A stretch of 64,000 nucleotides of DNA from Eledone cirrhosa (Eukaryota). Positions within the stretch are counted from its first letter, which is position 1, and every line of letters starts with the position of its first letter. The position numbers and the translations under genes are program-made. The notes under the pieces are model-generated. The model searched no databases, had not been told where the DNA came from, and worked only from the letters and a program-made list of their open reading frames with translations. Positions 37,267 through 49,568 of this stretch are shown piece by piece. The DNA lies in NCBI GenBank assembly GCA_964016885.1, contig OZ024741.1, positions 208,010,001-208,074,000 of the forward strand, in the 5' to 3' direction.

Positions 37267-40200
37267 GTTTCTTTATTAGCCACAGGGGCACAAAAGAAGG
37301 GGACAAATACAAAGGGGGAAGTTTACATACAATTAAAACGTGTAAAATGTTATCACAAATGCAATTTAAAAAATTAGTCGATTTTCCCCAATAGGGGAGA
37401 CAGTTTATATGGGTAACACAAACCCCCGAAAAGTGTGAAACCCTCAACTCCAGGAGTACGAAGAGTTTGTACTCCTTTCCTCTCCTCCTCTTTTTCCTCA
37501 ACCTACAGGCTGATATAGAGAGAAGGCCCATTCACTCGGGCCATTCTCGCCACTTTCACCCACCTTTCATAAAACTTGCTGGGGTACAGCGTTTCTCTCT
37601 CCATCCTGATTCTTCTTCCAAAGTGGTATTTGAAAAAAAGAATCAGTTGTTGGCTGGAGAGAAAGGTGTCACACCTCAGCCCTTTCAACCTTGTCCACCA
37701 TACAACCTCTTTCGCCATAGCTATCACACAAAGGAAAACCGCCTCTCCTTCGTTTTTGAAGGAGGGTGGCGGTTTGATCATGACAATGGACTCGGTGGTC
37801 AACCGGATTGGTCCCACCCGCGACAATAGTCGTTCTACATAGCCCAACAGGTCAGTGACGCCCGGCCAGTGTATGAATGCGTGCGCGACGGTATCTTCGT
37901 TACGCACGCACCTCGGACAGATCTTCTTCGAGGGGTCCCTGCCCGGGCGCCCATGTCTGTAGAGCTTGTCTCGAACTGGTAGAGCTCCTCGGTAGCACTG
38001 CCAGGCCAGGGACTTTTGGAAGTTGTCCATCGGTCCCGGGCGGAACGTCCTACCGAACAGACTGGCCAGTTCATCTTCCTCTACGCCTAGAGTTTCACCG
38101 AGCGCGTCGTCGCACTTGCTGCGGATCAACCCTCTATAGAATGACGAAGTGGAGTCTCCACTGATCGCCGGGTCCGCCTGCCAGGGGCTGTGAGCGCCTG
38201 AGCACATTTGATGTGCCAGTCGCCCATTTTCCTCGGTCTTTGCTTGACCCAGGACTGCAGCTCGGTCAGCGAGACGAGTCTTTGGAAGGCTCGCCTCACG
38301 AACGGGGCCCACACCGGTTGTCCGGTGAGGAATACGTAGAGATGCTGAAGCCTGAGCCCGTTTTTGCGCATCGTCAAACACGGCATCCCAAGCCCTCCGT
38401 TAGAAGGGTGTTGGCAGCAGATGGATCTTCTCACCAAAGGAGCCCGCCTCTTCCAAAGGAATTGGAAGAGCGCATGCTCCATTTTGGCGAGCGTTTTGGC
38501 TGGACAAGGCACGACGGTCAAGCAGTAGTAGATGGCGGACGCTATAAAAGTGTTCGCCACCTCCGCTCGACCTTTCAAGGATAGTTTGCACTTGGCCCAC
38601 TTCTGGGTGAGTGCAAACACCTTGGCCGTCACTTCGTTCCCGTTCTTCTCCACCTGGAGGTCCGGACCAAACCAGACCCCGAGCAGCTTTACCGGTCCTT
38701 CCGTCCAGCGTCCGACGACGCTATCGGAAGGCATCGGTTTGCCTCTCCACGATCCGAGTTGCAAACCGATGGACTTGTGCCGGTTCAGCTTTGCTCCTGT
38801 GAAACTTTCGTATTCCTTCAGTAAAGTGCCGACTTCTTCGATTTGCGAGGCGCTCGACACCATTACTGCCACGTCATCGGCGTAGGCCGACGCCGCTTTC
38901 CGCAGTCCCGGTTCCAGAGGGATGCCCTGCAATAGCTCCAACTTCCGCAGTAGTGGCTCGAGAGTCAGTACGTACAGAAGGGAGGAGAGAGGGCATCCCT
39001 GTCGAATGGATCGCGTAATATAGAACAGCTCCGAGAGGTAGCCGTTCACCTTGACCCTTGAGCATATGTTGCTGTTGTGCATTGCAGCAATCAAGCCCCT
39101 GAACACGGGTCCGAAGCCTGCCGCCTCGAGCACTGCATCCAGGTAACGATGGTCAACCTTATCGAAATCCTTAGACTGATCCAAGTTGATCAGGACCCCA
39201 CCGAAGCCGGGTTTACACCCTACCCTCTCTATGATGTATCGCCTGAGGTGAAGGTTGTCGTGTATGGACCTGGTCGGGATTGCGCATGTCTGCCCTTCTC
39301 CCACCAGGTTCTCGACGACAAGCGCCAGCCTCTTTGCCAACACCTTGGCCAAAATCTGTAACTCTGTGTTTAGCAGAGTTATGGGCCGGAAGTTGCCTAT
39401 GTCATCCCCCTTATTCTCGTCCTTCCTGACTAATGTGACCACGCCCCGGTTACAGAACTGGGAATTCTCCCGTTATGTTGCCAGTTGCAGTAGGCCGCTT
39501 CCAGGAGACCGGAGAATAAGTCCGGCATTGATAGGTAAAATTCGTAGGGTAGACTGTCGAGACCTGGAGATTTGCGTTTGCCGCATTGGCTCAGCGTGTC
39601 CCCTATCTCAGCGGCTGCAATCGGCTTTTCGCAGAACTTTGCCTCGCTGTCCGAGAGTCGCGGTAGGCCGTCGAGGTATGGACCGAAATCCATAGCCCCT
39701 CCCGGCGCGCCGCCCCGGCCGAACAGTTGAGCAAAGTGCCGCTGAAAGGCCGCACACATCTGCTTCGGCTCACGTATTACGCGTCCGTTTTGGTCCTTCA
39801 AAGACCGAATCGTGCACTTGTTGCCACTTTTTTCCTCCGTCACTCGGGCCCAGCTAACAGCTTTAGCTCCCTCGTTTCCCAGAACACGTATTTTGCTTCT
39901 GACAACGCAGCCCTCGTGCTTTGCGTCGAAGAACTGGTCCAAGGCAGTTCTAGTTGCTAGCACGCTGGCTACGTTGCAACTTCTAATTGCCTCTTCTACT
40001 TTATCTACCAGTTCCTTCTCGGTTCTATTTCTACCTAACGCTAATTCTTTACTAAAAACTAATGAGTCTAATCTAACTGCCCTCTCGTTGACAATGGCCC
40101 CTGTCAAGTGCTGTTTAACTAAAGTGTTAATCCGTCTACTGTAGGCTTTGCTTGTCGGTAATGACAAGTTCACCTTCCAGTAGCCGGGTCATTGTGTATG

Positions 40201-43061
40201 GGTTCTATCAAGGTTGGCCATGCAGGTCACTAGTTTGTGATCTGAATAGGCAACCATGAACATTTGTGGACAGCTTAACATGTCCCTATCCTTATTTCTG
40301 ACTAGAACCCTATCTAGGTACGATCTAGATGTTCCGCTACGATTAGTCCACGTCCACAGTGGCACAGTCGGAAAATCTAGTCGATATCTATCGGCCAGGT
40401 CAAATCGGTCGATTAACTGTTTGAGGCTGTTACACTCCCCTTTATCGGGACATGCTCCCACATAGTCCCAACGTGCATCTAGGATTCCATTCCAGTCCCC
40501 CACTAAAAGCAAGGAGCGGAACGTTCCCAGAAAAGTCTCTAGACGTTTGAAGAAGTCTGGCGTGGTGTCCCGGATGGGGCATATGCAGCCACCAGCCTGA
40601 AGGCTCCACCTTCACTACCGTCAACGTCTAGGACCACCAGTCGACCCTCCGGGTCCAGATGTACCGTCTGTGATACGAGGCCCAGGTGTTTCCCCAGCAA
40701 AACGGCAACTCCGCCGCCCCCGGTCGACAGAGAGTTGCGTAGATCTCAAAGTCATCGAACATGGGGGCCAGCTGTCGCTCGCTGTGTACCCTGGACTCGC
40801 AAATGGCTACCACATCCATACTGTGCGATCTGAGGTTGTTTAAGAGTTTGCCCTGTTTCCAGGGCATCCCCAGGCCGCGTACGTTCACACATCCAACTCT
40901 TATATTGGCCATGTTGGTGCTGAAAAGTTAAAAGAGGAAAAGAGATTACTCACCCTTCGTCTCCTGGGGACCAGGCTGCACGATTTCCATGGGGGGTGTT
41001 GGAGAGGGTTGTCTGGGTGGGTGGTGGTTTCCGGCGGGGTGGGGACGGAGATGTTTGGTGGGGTGGGGTCTGGTGGGATGGGGGTGTCTGGGGTGGGGAG
41101 ACATTTGAGAAGGACGCGGTTAAGTGGTTTCACGCAGGAATTCCCCACATCCTTTTCAAATGTTTCTTTTAGGGACCTATAAGTTTGTATAGGTACCCTA
41201 ATCAGTTTTAGGTTCAGTTTTTTGTTATGTTTAATAGACTGGGCAAAAGTTTTCCCTTCGCTTTTAACCGAAGGGTCATTCGTGATGGTCTCCATTAGTG
41301 TTTGTTTTCAGTGTTTATGTAAGTGTAAGTGCAATTTTATGTGTTGTGTTTGTTTTTGTCTGTAGTTCTTGTGTGTGCTTTCGTTTGGTTGTAAGTATTT
41401 TGTTTTCAGGAGGTGGGGGTTTTGTTTGTGATGTTTTTGTTGTTTGCGTTGGTGGTTGTATGTTTGTGGTAGTGTTTGCTGGTTTTTTGCTTTTGTGATG
41501 TATTTTCTTTCTTTTCGAGCGATGGGGTTCTCCCTCGTCTTCACTGGGTGATGGCGAGATAGCCTCATCTGTTGTATAGTTTGTGTGATTGGGGAGGGGT
41601 ATATCTTGGGGAGCTGTTGTGTCTGTATGTGATTTTGCAGTGGTTTTAGTTGGATTGTGGTTGGGTGGGACTGTGTTTGTTGTGGTTATTTTTGTGTGTT
41701 GGTGTTGTTGTTGTGGTGGTGGTGTTGGTGGTTGTGTTGTTTTGATGGGTGTCGGCAGAAGAGCCTTTTTTTACTCATTAATTTAGGACAGGAAGCCCTC
41801 AGGTGACCCCTGCTAAAGCAACCGAAAAGTTTATGTAGGTGAGTCCGTCCAGGAGTACACGTTGTGGGATCATAGCTATTCGCTCTGGGCTCATTTGCAC
41901 CAGAACTTCAATGCTAGTCCCATTGAATACATCTCTGGGGGACTTTCCTACTGACAGTATTCTGTCTTCATCAAAATTGATGAAGCCGCACAGTATCCAC
42001 CATATGTTCATCTTTGGTGTGACACTCGTGATTTTAATCTTTTGTGTTCTTTTTCCCATGTATGTAGGGAAACAGGTATACAGGTTGGATACAATTGGTG
42101 ACACAGAGTAATTTTGGGCCGTCAATTGATCCTTCATGAGTACCCAAATACTCCCAAAACGTTTGCTTCTTTGAATGAATGCAATATCATTCATTGAATT
42201 TTTGAAAACCAGTTCAATATCTTTCTGTGACAATTGGACTGGTTTTCGGGTAGAATTGGAAACTGTCCTAAAAACTATCGTTTTGAGAGCAGTTTCCTTG
42301 CGAATTTCTACCGGAGAATTGATGCTGAAAGCACCATTTTTTTCGAAAGTGACATATCTCCTAGCGTCCTTTAAAAGTTGTTCGGCATTTGTTATGTCGA
42401 GATATGTCAGTTCCTCCTTTTTTTGAACTGTCTGTGCAAAGAAGAATTTTTGGTTTCTTTGTGGAATTAGCCGTGTTGGTGGTGTTGTCATTATTGTTGT
42501 TATTCTTGTTGTTATTCTTGTTGTCACTGATGTTGATATTATTCGTATTTTCCTTGGTGTTGGTGTTGGTGTTGTTCTTGTCTTTGATGCTGGTGTTATT
42601 GGTGTTGTCTTTATTTTTTTCTTTGTTGTTGTTGTCATTGTTGTTTTATCATCATTATTGGTGTTGTTATTTTTGTTGTCATTGAACTGTTTGGTGTCAT
42701 TTGTGTTGTTTGGATATGAATTTGTTTTTACATTTTCATTTCGTCTTTCCATCTCCATAGTATCTAGGGAAGAAGACAATGTTGACTGCGAGCTCTGTAG
42801 TCTTACCGACTCTCCACCACCATTATCGTTGAACGCAGCGTTCATAACGTAATCAAACTTCTTACTATATTTTTTCCAAAAAAACTTTTCAAACGAATAT
42901 TTCGACCCTGTTGGGGCGAAAATGAGTTGACCCACCACCTGAAGGTCCATACGGGGGGGGGGGGGGTCAAGTTACACAACAATATAAAATTTAACTGAAA
43001 ACTCACGTTTTTTTCTTACATAAATTAACGGAAACTTCTCCGCGAAGTTACACACGTCTGG
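37267..43061 (-). mobile_element. Tx1-group copy H (full length, older member of the F/G subfamily)
   Basis: ORF1 remnant (ATG 42845 to about 40946) and ORF2 remnant (40912-37503), both with several frameshifts. Confidence 0.95.
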
Positions 43062-43137
<76 letters not shown>

Positions 43138-43165
43138 GAGAGGGTAGAGAGAGAGATATGGATAT

Positions 43166-43242
<77 letters not shown>

Positions 43243-43275
43243 TATGGATAGATAGCTAAATAGATAGATAGATAG

Positions 43276-43307
<32 letters not shown>

Positions 43308-43347
43308 TAGAGAGAGAGAGAGATATGGATAGATAGCTAAATAGATA
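43062..43347. repeat. Compound (GATA)n/(GA)n microsatellite between copies H and I
   Basis: GATA runs interrupted by GA runs and repeated GATATGGATAGATAGCTAAATAGATA units. Confidence 0.95.
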
Positions 43348-43348
43348 C

Positions 43349-43728
43349 ATTTCTTTATTAGCCACAAGGGCACAAAAGAAAGGGACAAATACAAATGGGG
43401 AGTTTACATACAGGTATATGAAAGTAAAACTATTAATAAAACAACAAATAACAATTGAAATCCTCAATAGGGAGGAGGCGTTACACAGGGGTTGTACACA
43501 CCCTGAAAAAATGTACAACCCTCATCTCCAAGAGCACCAAGAGTGAGTACTCCCGTCCTCTCTTCCTCTTTTTCCTCAACCTACAGAGAGAAGGTCCAAT
43601 AGCTCGCGCCATCTTTGCCACATTCACCTACCGTTCATAAACTTTGCTGGGGTACAACAGCACCTCTCTCTCCATCCTGATTCTTCGTCCAAAATGATAT
43701 TTGAAAAAACGAATCAGTTGTTGGCCAG
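43349..43728 (-). mobile_element. Tx1-group copy I, 5'-truncated (ORF2 end plus 3' UTR)
   Basis: Homologous to GQQLIxFFKYHFGRRIRMER and the 3' UTR ending GCTAATAAAGAAA. Confidence 0.92.
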
Positions 43729-43731
43729 ATT

Positions 43732-43849
43732 GGAAGACATGATATGAAGGTTAAAAAACACTTGTGAATAGTGCAGTTTTAAATCAACATATGTTGATTT
43801 AAAACTGCACTATTCACAAGTGTTTTTTAACCTTCATATCATGTCTTCC
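43732..43849. repeat. Perfect 118-bp palindrome without spacer
   Basis: 43732-43790 is the exact reverse complement of 43791-43849 (centre AACAT|ATGTT). Confidence 0.95.
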
Positions 43850-44044
43850 TATTTTATCTGATGAAAACACAAATGTTATTGCATGATGATATTTGTTTTT
43901 GAAATGCGCATAATAAAATACATGGAACTCTTTTAACCATCTTTTGATCTTATATATTATGTATACTCCAGTCCTACAAACTGTAGAGTGCTTCTTATCC
44001 GATATCCGATATTGCTTTATTGTACTACAATAAAACTCACCTCC

Positions 44045-44047
<3 letters not shown>

Positions 44048-44126
<79 letters not shown>
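44048..44126. repeat. (TA)n microsatellite
   Basis: Pure TA run. Confidence 0.98.
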
Positions 44127-44128
<2 letters not shown>

Positions 44129-44315
44129 AAAAGAGTCAGGACCCCGACAGCTGAGCTCCGACTGCTTCGACAGCTAGTTCAGAACTAGCTGTCGAAACGG
44201 CCGGAGCTCAACCGTCGTGGTCCTGACTCTTTTCCTATTACCCACTCTACATCCCATAGTATGGAGTACTCTGGTGCGTTATGGTCCACCTGGTCCCTTA
44301 CCACACTTCCTCCGG
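44125..44315 (+). mobile_element. Hairpin + tail element, copy 1 (putative non-autonomous Penelope-type)
   Basis: Imperfect inverted repeat 44125-44237 centred on 44181, then tail TTACCCACTCTAC...GAGTACTCTGGTGCG...CCTTACCA shared with 56205-56283 and about 58757-58829; flanked by (TA)n. Confidence 0.7.
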
Positions 44316-44358
44316 TATATATATATAGAAGTAGTGACACAACAGTTAGTTCACCATA

Positions 44359-44399
44359 CCGAGAACAATTGTTTCACCATAGGCGGATCTTCAGCTCGG
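44359..44399 (-). ncRNA. Minimal type I hammerhead ribozyme motif in a ~70-bp TA-flanked unit
   Basis: Minus strand reads CCGAG-CUGAAGA-U-CCG-CCUA-UGG-U-GAAA-CAAUUG-UU-CUCGG: stem I CCGAG/CUCGG, intact core, palindromic stem III ACAAUUGU. Confidence 0.75.
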
Positions 44400-44581
44400 A
44401 TATATATATATATCGGTCGCGATAACCAAAGACTCCCATGTACGTCAATACTCATCTTTTTCCATTTATCTGAGGGTTTTAAACCCCATTATCAGGCTAA
44501 AATTCCTTTAGTCAAAAATACGCTGAAAGCTATTCTATTTTCTAATTTCAAACCTGCTCACTGTTTCAAAACATACTTACT

Positions 44582-44629
<48 letters not shown>

Positions 44630-44633
44630 AGAA

Positions 44634-45258
44634 GGTTATAGTTCACTTGAAGCATTGTGTAATGAGGTATAAACGTTTGAATATGTATAATAAAGCCAAA
44701 ACAATGCAGGTATTGACATAGAAAAAGGAATGCAATTGCAAAAGATATTGTTGACAATTCGTCTTTTACCTTAGATTTATTTTAAACGTCCTTAATTTTC
44801 GAGATAATATCTCTTCTTCAGAGGGAAATAAAGGTCTCAAACCAGCGTTCTAAATATCTTGCCAAGCCATGCTGACAGGAAATAGTATAGAGTATCTGTT
44901 CTATCTCTAATGTCAAAGAGTTAAAATTAGGTGGATAAAGAGTAGTCTCCCTTTAAAAGGGGTTTGTTTAGGGTTTTTTTTATATACATGCCTGTTTAAG
45001 TGTGTGGGAGAATGCATGAAGGTGTAAGTATGTGAGTGTGTGTGTGTGAGTGTGAGAAGATAAGTCTATTCGTAAATGTGGGGGATAGGTGTTATCTGGT
45101 GTTAGAACTGGTTTTGTGTGTGGATGTGTGAGAGAGAATTAGTGGAGGTGTAAGCGTGTGTGTGTGTGCGTGCGTGTGTGTGTATGGGTGTGTAAATATG
45201 GGGCTAGAAGCCCTATCAGGTTATAAATTGGGTGTTGAGTTCTAGTCTATTATTGATA
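44634..45258 (-). repeat. PLE 3' pseudo-LTR
   Basis: Near-identical direct repeat of 47759-48386; contains the ORF end, the UTR and the ORF start. Confidence 0.93.
44776..44832 (-). ncRNA. Hammerhead ribozyme motif in the PLE 3' pseudo-LTR
   Basis: Minus strand UUUAUUUCCCU-CUGAAGA-A-GAGAU-AUU-AUCUC-GAAA-AUUA-AGG...AAAUAAA. Confidence 0.7.
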
Positions 45259-47780
45259 GGTGGTTGTGTTTTATCTATAATTAGTGCTTCCTTAATTCTA
45301 AGATTGCCGAGGTTTCTTTCCTTAGTTTCTATCCTAACTGTTATGGTTTTGTCGGTGTTTTTGCATTTAACTAGGTGTTTCTTAAATGAGGAAGCGTTAG
45401 TATTGAGGTGTTCTTTTATTCTTATGTGGAGTGGTCTGGTGGTGCTACCTACGTAGAAGTTGTTGCATTTGTCACACTCTAGTCTGTATACGACGTAAGC
45501 CTGGTGGCATAGGTCTGTGTCGTTGATGGGGCAGTTGGCTAGTCTGCAGCAGTTGTCATGTCTGGTGGAGTGTCTTTTGGCTAGCTGTCCGCGCAGAGAA
45601 GGACCTGAGTGGGCCAGTTGGATATCTAGTCCTTCTCGTCTGATGGCTCTGCGGATGGCTATTGTTGTTTCTTCACTGAAGTGTGGGAGCTTCAGGAAGC
45701 AAGTGTTAGTGCCTCGGGTGTGGTGTCCTCTGTTCTTTCTGGCACGGTTTGTGGTGGATGTCGTGTATCCGTTCAGTTTGAGTACTTCCAGGAAATGTGT
45801 GGTGTGTGTGTCTCGGTCTCTAGCGTCGGTGCATTTGTTCCGGATACGTGCCAGTTCGTTCCTTATGTATCCGAACTTGGCACCGAGTGGGAGGGCCGAT
45901 CTGAAATGTACGAACAGGTCCCTGCTGGCGGCTTTTTTTATAGAAGCAGGTCTGGATGTTGCCTTCCTCTGTTACCCTGAGTTAGAAGTCCAGTAGGGAT
46001 AGGGATCCGCGGTCATCGGGGTGTTCCATGCTGAACTTTATACTGGCGTCCATGCTGGAGAATGTTGTGTATATTTTATCTGCCTCCTCACGGGATGATG
46101 TGAGGATGAGTGTGTCATCTACATATCGGGTGAAGAAGGCATGGGAATAGCAGGTGTTGAGGGCTCAGCATTCTAGCTGGTTCATGTAGGTGATGGCCAG
46201 CAGGCCCGATAGGCTGGATCCCATGGGTAATCCTGTTGTCTGTATGTGTGGTGGTGGAAGGTGAAGTACGTGTTGTCTACTGTGAAGGACAAAAGCTGGT
46301 GTATGTCCGTCGGGTGGAGGCCGTAGCAGTGGATGTCCTCTGCGACCACGCAGTCCGTCAATAAATCGACAGCTGGATGATCGGGGACTGTAGTGTAGAG
46401 TGAGACAACGTCGAGGCTAAAAGCGTATTTATTTAGTTTAAGTTGTTCTGGCTGGAGTTGGTGTAGTCTACGTATAACTTCGTCGGAGCTACTGACATGC
46501 CCGGGAAAGGTGGAGAGTAGAGGCTTGAGGACCTGGGAGAGGAGCCAGGAAATTTTGTATAGGGGTCCTTCTATGCTAGAGACGATGGGTCTTATTTGCG
46601 TCTTAGTGCTATTCTTATGGGTCTTGATGAGGTGGTAGAAAGTGGGCAGTCTGCTATTTCTAGTGGTGTAGTTGAGCTTAACTTTATTTGGGAGTTGTCT
46701 TCTCCTACAGATATCGAACCAAATGGAGTTGGTATGTTTTTCGATCTGGGCTGCAGTCATGTCCGGGATCTCTATGTATAATTCATTGTCGCTTAGGTGT
46801 TCAAAGGCTAGGTTATTGTATGTGGCTTGAGAGATGACGCAAAACTCTTTACCTTTGTCGGATGGTAAGTATATAAGTTCCCTATTCCGTAGGTTCTTCA
46901 GGGCGAGTTGTTGTGTCCTGGAGAGGTTTGGGGCTATCTTCTTCTGTTTCCGTATGATGTTAAATACGGAATGTTTTTCTTCAAGCTCGCGGTTGGCAGG
47001 CGGTGGACAGAGTGGGCGATCAAGTTGGTATATCGGGAATCTGGGTTTGATAGATTCCGTGGTGTTGTTGCTGAGAGTCGATATCCATTTTAGTTGGTAG
47101 GCAGCCCGACAGAAATTCGTTTCTATGTCGAGCCATAGTTTGTCGTCCAGTCTCTATTTCAATATGAACTTGGGACCCAGGCTGAGGAGGTCTAATTCCT
47201 CTCGGGAGAGGGATCCTGTCAAGTCTGTGACAAGGTGTTTTGCGTCAGGTGTGTTGTTGGTCGGAGCACCGCTAGGTTCGGTGTTGGTACCGTCTTGTTC
47301 GTCTCTGTTGGTGCTTAGAGTTGGGATGTTGTTAAGACAATTGGCCGTCCTGAGTTTGAGAATTGTTTGCGTTAGACGTATTTTCTCGTAGTCTCGGCGA
47401 TGGTGGTATGACCTGTCTATAGTGGCGGAGATGAATCTGGACAGAGATTCTGGGGTTTCAGCGAGTTGTGGTACAAGGCTGGAAATAGTCCGTATGTGAT
47501 GTTGTAGCGTGCGGTGTAGGTGTTGTATGAGTTTTCTTAGGCAGATTTTTTGTATGTAACTAAGTGATCGTTTGAGGTCTGGTGATTTGAAGCATGTTGG
47601 TAGGTGCAAATTTTTGATAGTTTTGGGGATGATGTTGTTATTCAGGCATCGTTTTAGGAAGTTTATTTGGCAGCCGGCTTTGGCGCGCTTTTCAGATAGC
47701 TGGAAGAGTTTCTTTACAGTTGTGAACTGGGCCTGGCTCAGGCATAAGGAAAGGAGGGGGTTATAGTTCACTTGAAGCAT
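45216..47780 (-). pseudogene. PLE ORF (telomerase-related RT plus GIY-YIG endonuclease), disrupted
   Basis: LSLGPKF, PTFYHLIKTHK, RPIVS, SLDVVSLYT, RYVDD, and C-terminal CCRLANCPI..LC..VVYRLECDKCNNFYVGSTTRPLHIRIKEH...EALII...IN. Confidence 0.92.
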
Positions 47781-48381
47781 TGTGTAATGAGGTATAAACG
47801 TTTGAATGTGTATAATAAAGCCAAAACAATGCAGGTATGGACATAGAAAAAAGAATGCAATTGCAAAAGATACTGTTGACAATTCGTCTTTTACCTTAGA
47901 TTTATTTTAAACGTCCTTAATTTTCGAGATAATATCTCTTCTTCAGAGGGAAATAAAGGTCTCAAACCAGCGTTCTAAATATCTTGCCAAGCCATGCTGA
48001 CAGGAAATAGTATAGAGTATCTGTTCTATCTCTAATGTCAAAGAGTTAAAATTAGGTGGATAAAGAGTAGTCTCCCTTTAAAAGGGGTTTGTTTAGGTTT
48101 TTTTTTTTATATACATGCCTGTTTAAGTGTGTGGGAGAATACATGAAGGTGTAAGTATGTGAGTGTGTGTGTGTGAGTGTGAGAAGATAAGTCTATTCGT
48201 AAATGTGGGGGATAGGTGTTATCTGGTGTTAGAACTGGTTTTGTGTGTGGATGTGTGAGAGAGAATAAGTGGAGGTGTAAGCGTTTGTGTGTGTGCGTGC
48301 GTGTGTGTGTATGGGGTGTGTAAATATGGGGCTAGAAGCCCTATCAGGTTATAAATTGGGTGTTGAGTTCTCGTCTATTAT

Positions 48382-48386
<5 letters not shown>
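47759..48386 (-). repeat. PLE 5' pseudo-LTR
   Basis: Direct repeat of 44634-45258. Confidence 0.93.
47901..47957 (-). ncRNA. Hammerhead ribozyme motif in the PLE 5' pseudo-LTR
   Basis: Same sequence as the motif at 44776-44832. Confidence 0.7.

Positions 48387-48450
<64 letters not shown>
48384..48450. repeat. (TA)n microsatellite
   Basis: Pure TA run abutting the PLE. Confidence 0.98.
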
Positions 48451-48454
<4 letters not shown>

Positions 48455-48739
48455 ATGTTAACAAATGAAAACTATATTTATAAAACCATATTTATTTCAT
48501 TATACATACTTCAAGGGCCACCAAGGCAAACTATGGTGCGCTTTCATCAGATCAAATATAATATAGGTTAGTTTTATAAATAAATATTGACATACCCTGA
48601 AAAAATGCAACCATTCTGGTTGGAATCTCCTGGATATTCATAATGTTAATAGATTGTATATTTATTCCAATAATTTGTTGAGTGCTTTATATCAGTTATA
48701 AAAATATTGTGCTTGTTGTATCCCAACAAATTAAATATA

Positions 48740-48840
<101 letters not shown>

Positions 48841-49568
48841 CAAGGTTTAGCAAATAAGAAAAAGTTTTTAAATAAATTAAAAAAAATTCACTGTACCTGC
48901 TATGGTTACCTTATATATATATATCAAGTCAGAGGATACACATACATATTTATACATAAATGGGCAATGCAATTTCGTACGTAAGGTTGGTATTGCATAA
49001 TATTGAGCCCAAGCTGCAACGGTTTAGAACAAGCCGCCGGAAAGGTGTATTTGAAACTACAGAACAATATAGGGCGCAACTCGTGTCTTTCGACAAGGGC
49101 AGGGAAGCGAGGATGTCAACAAATACAATACAAAGTGATACTGGAAAGAGGACATATACGGTAACGCCCTAAGGAAGGAAATATTTATAATATTCGTTTA
49201 TATATATATATATTCATGTGAAATATAAATGTAAATAAGTAAATATGCAGGTATGAGTCTAAATATATCTGATTTTACATTTGAAACGTGAATACATATG
49301 TCGAAAAGTACACCCATATATACTTACATTATTATTATTTAAAAATTTGAAGAGTGATATATTGAAGAGATGAGCTGGGGGTAGCTGAAACATATTTTAT
49401 CTGCGATTCGAAATTAATTCCCGTATTGAGTTTCAGTGAGAAACTGCATCCTCTAACTCTACACACATCCCACAACATAGACACTAGAGCTCCAGCGTAC
49501 CTTCAATCGCGTTGGACGGAACCAAGTATGGCAATTACACATAAACTTACACTCCCATATGTAATATA

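Larger units (their letters stand above)
44628..48386 (-). mobile_element. Penelope-like element (C-terminal GIY-YIG; Nematis/Neptune-like) with direct pseudo-LTRs, in (TA)n
   Basis: RT plus GIY-YIG ORF remnant, ~625-bp direct repeats, hammerhead motifs, TA runs on both sides. Confidence 0.92.

Noticed and set aside
6144-43347. Telomeric retrotransposon array (HeT-A/TART/SART-like)
   Set aside because: No TTAGGG/TTAGG repeats, two opposing polarities, and ordinary interspersed sequence on both sides.
44150-44212. Hammerhead inside hairpin/tail copy 1 (GAAAC after a stem)
   Set aside because: No CUGANGA core and no consistent NUH cleavage triplet among the copies.
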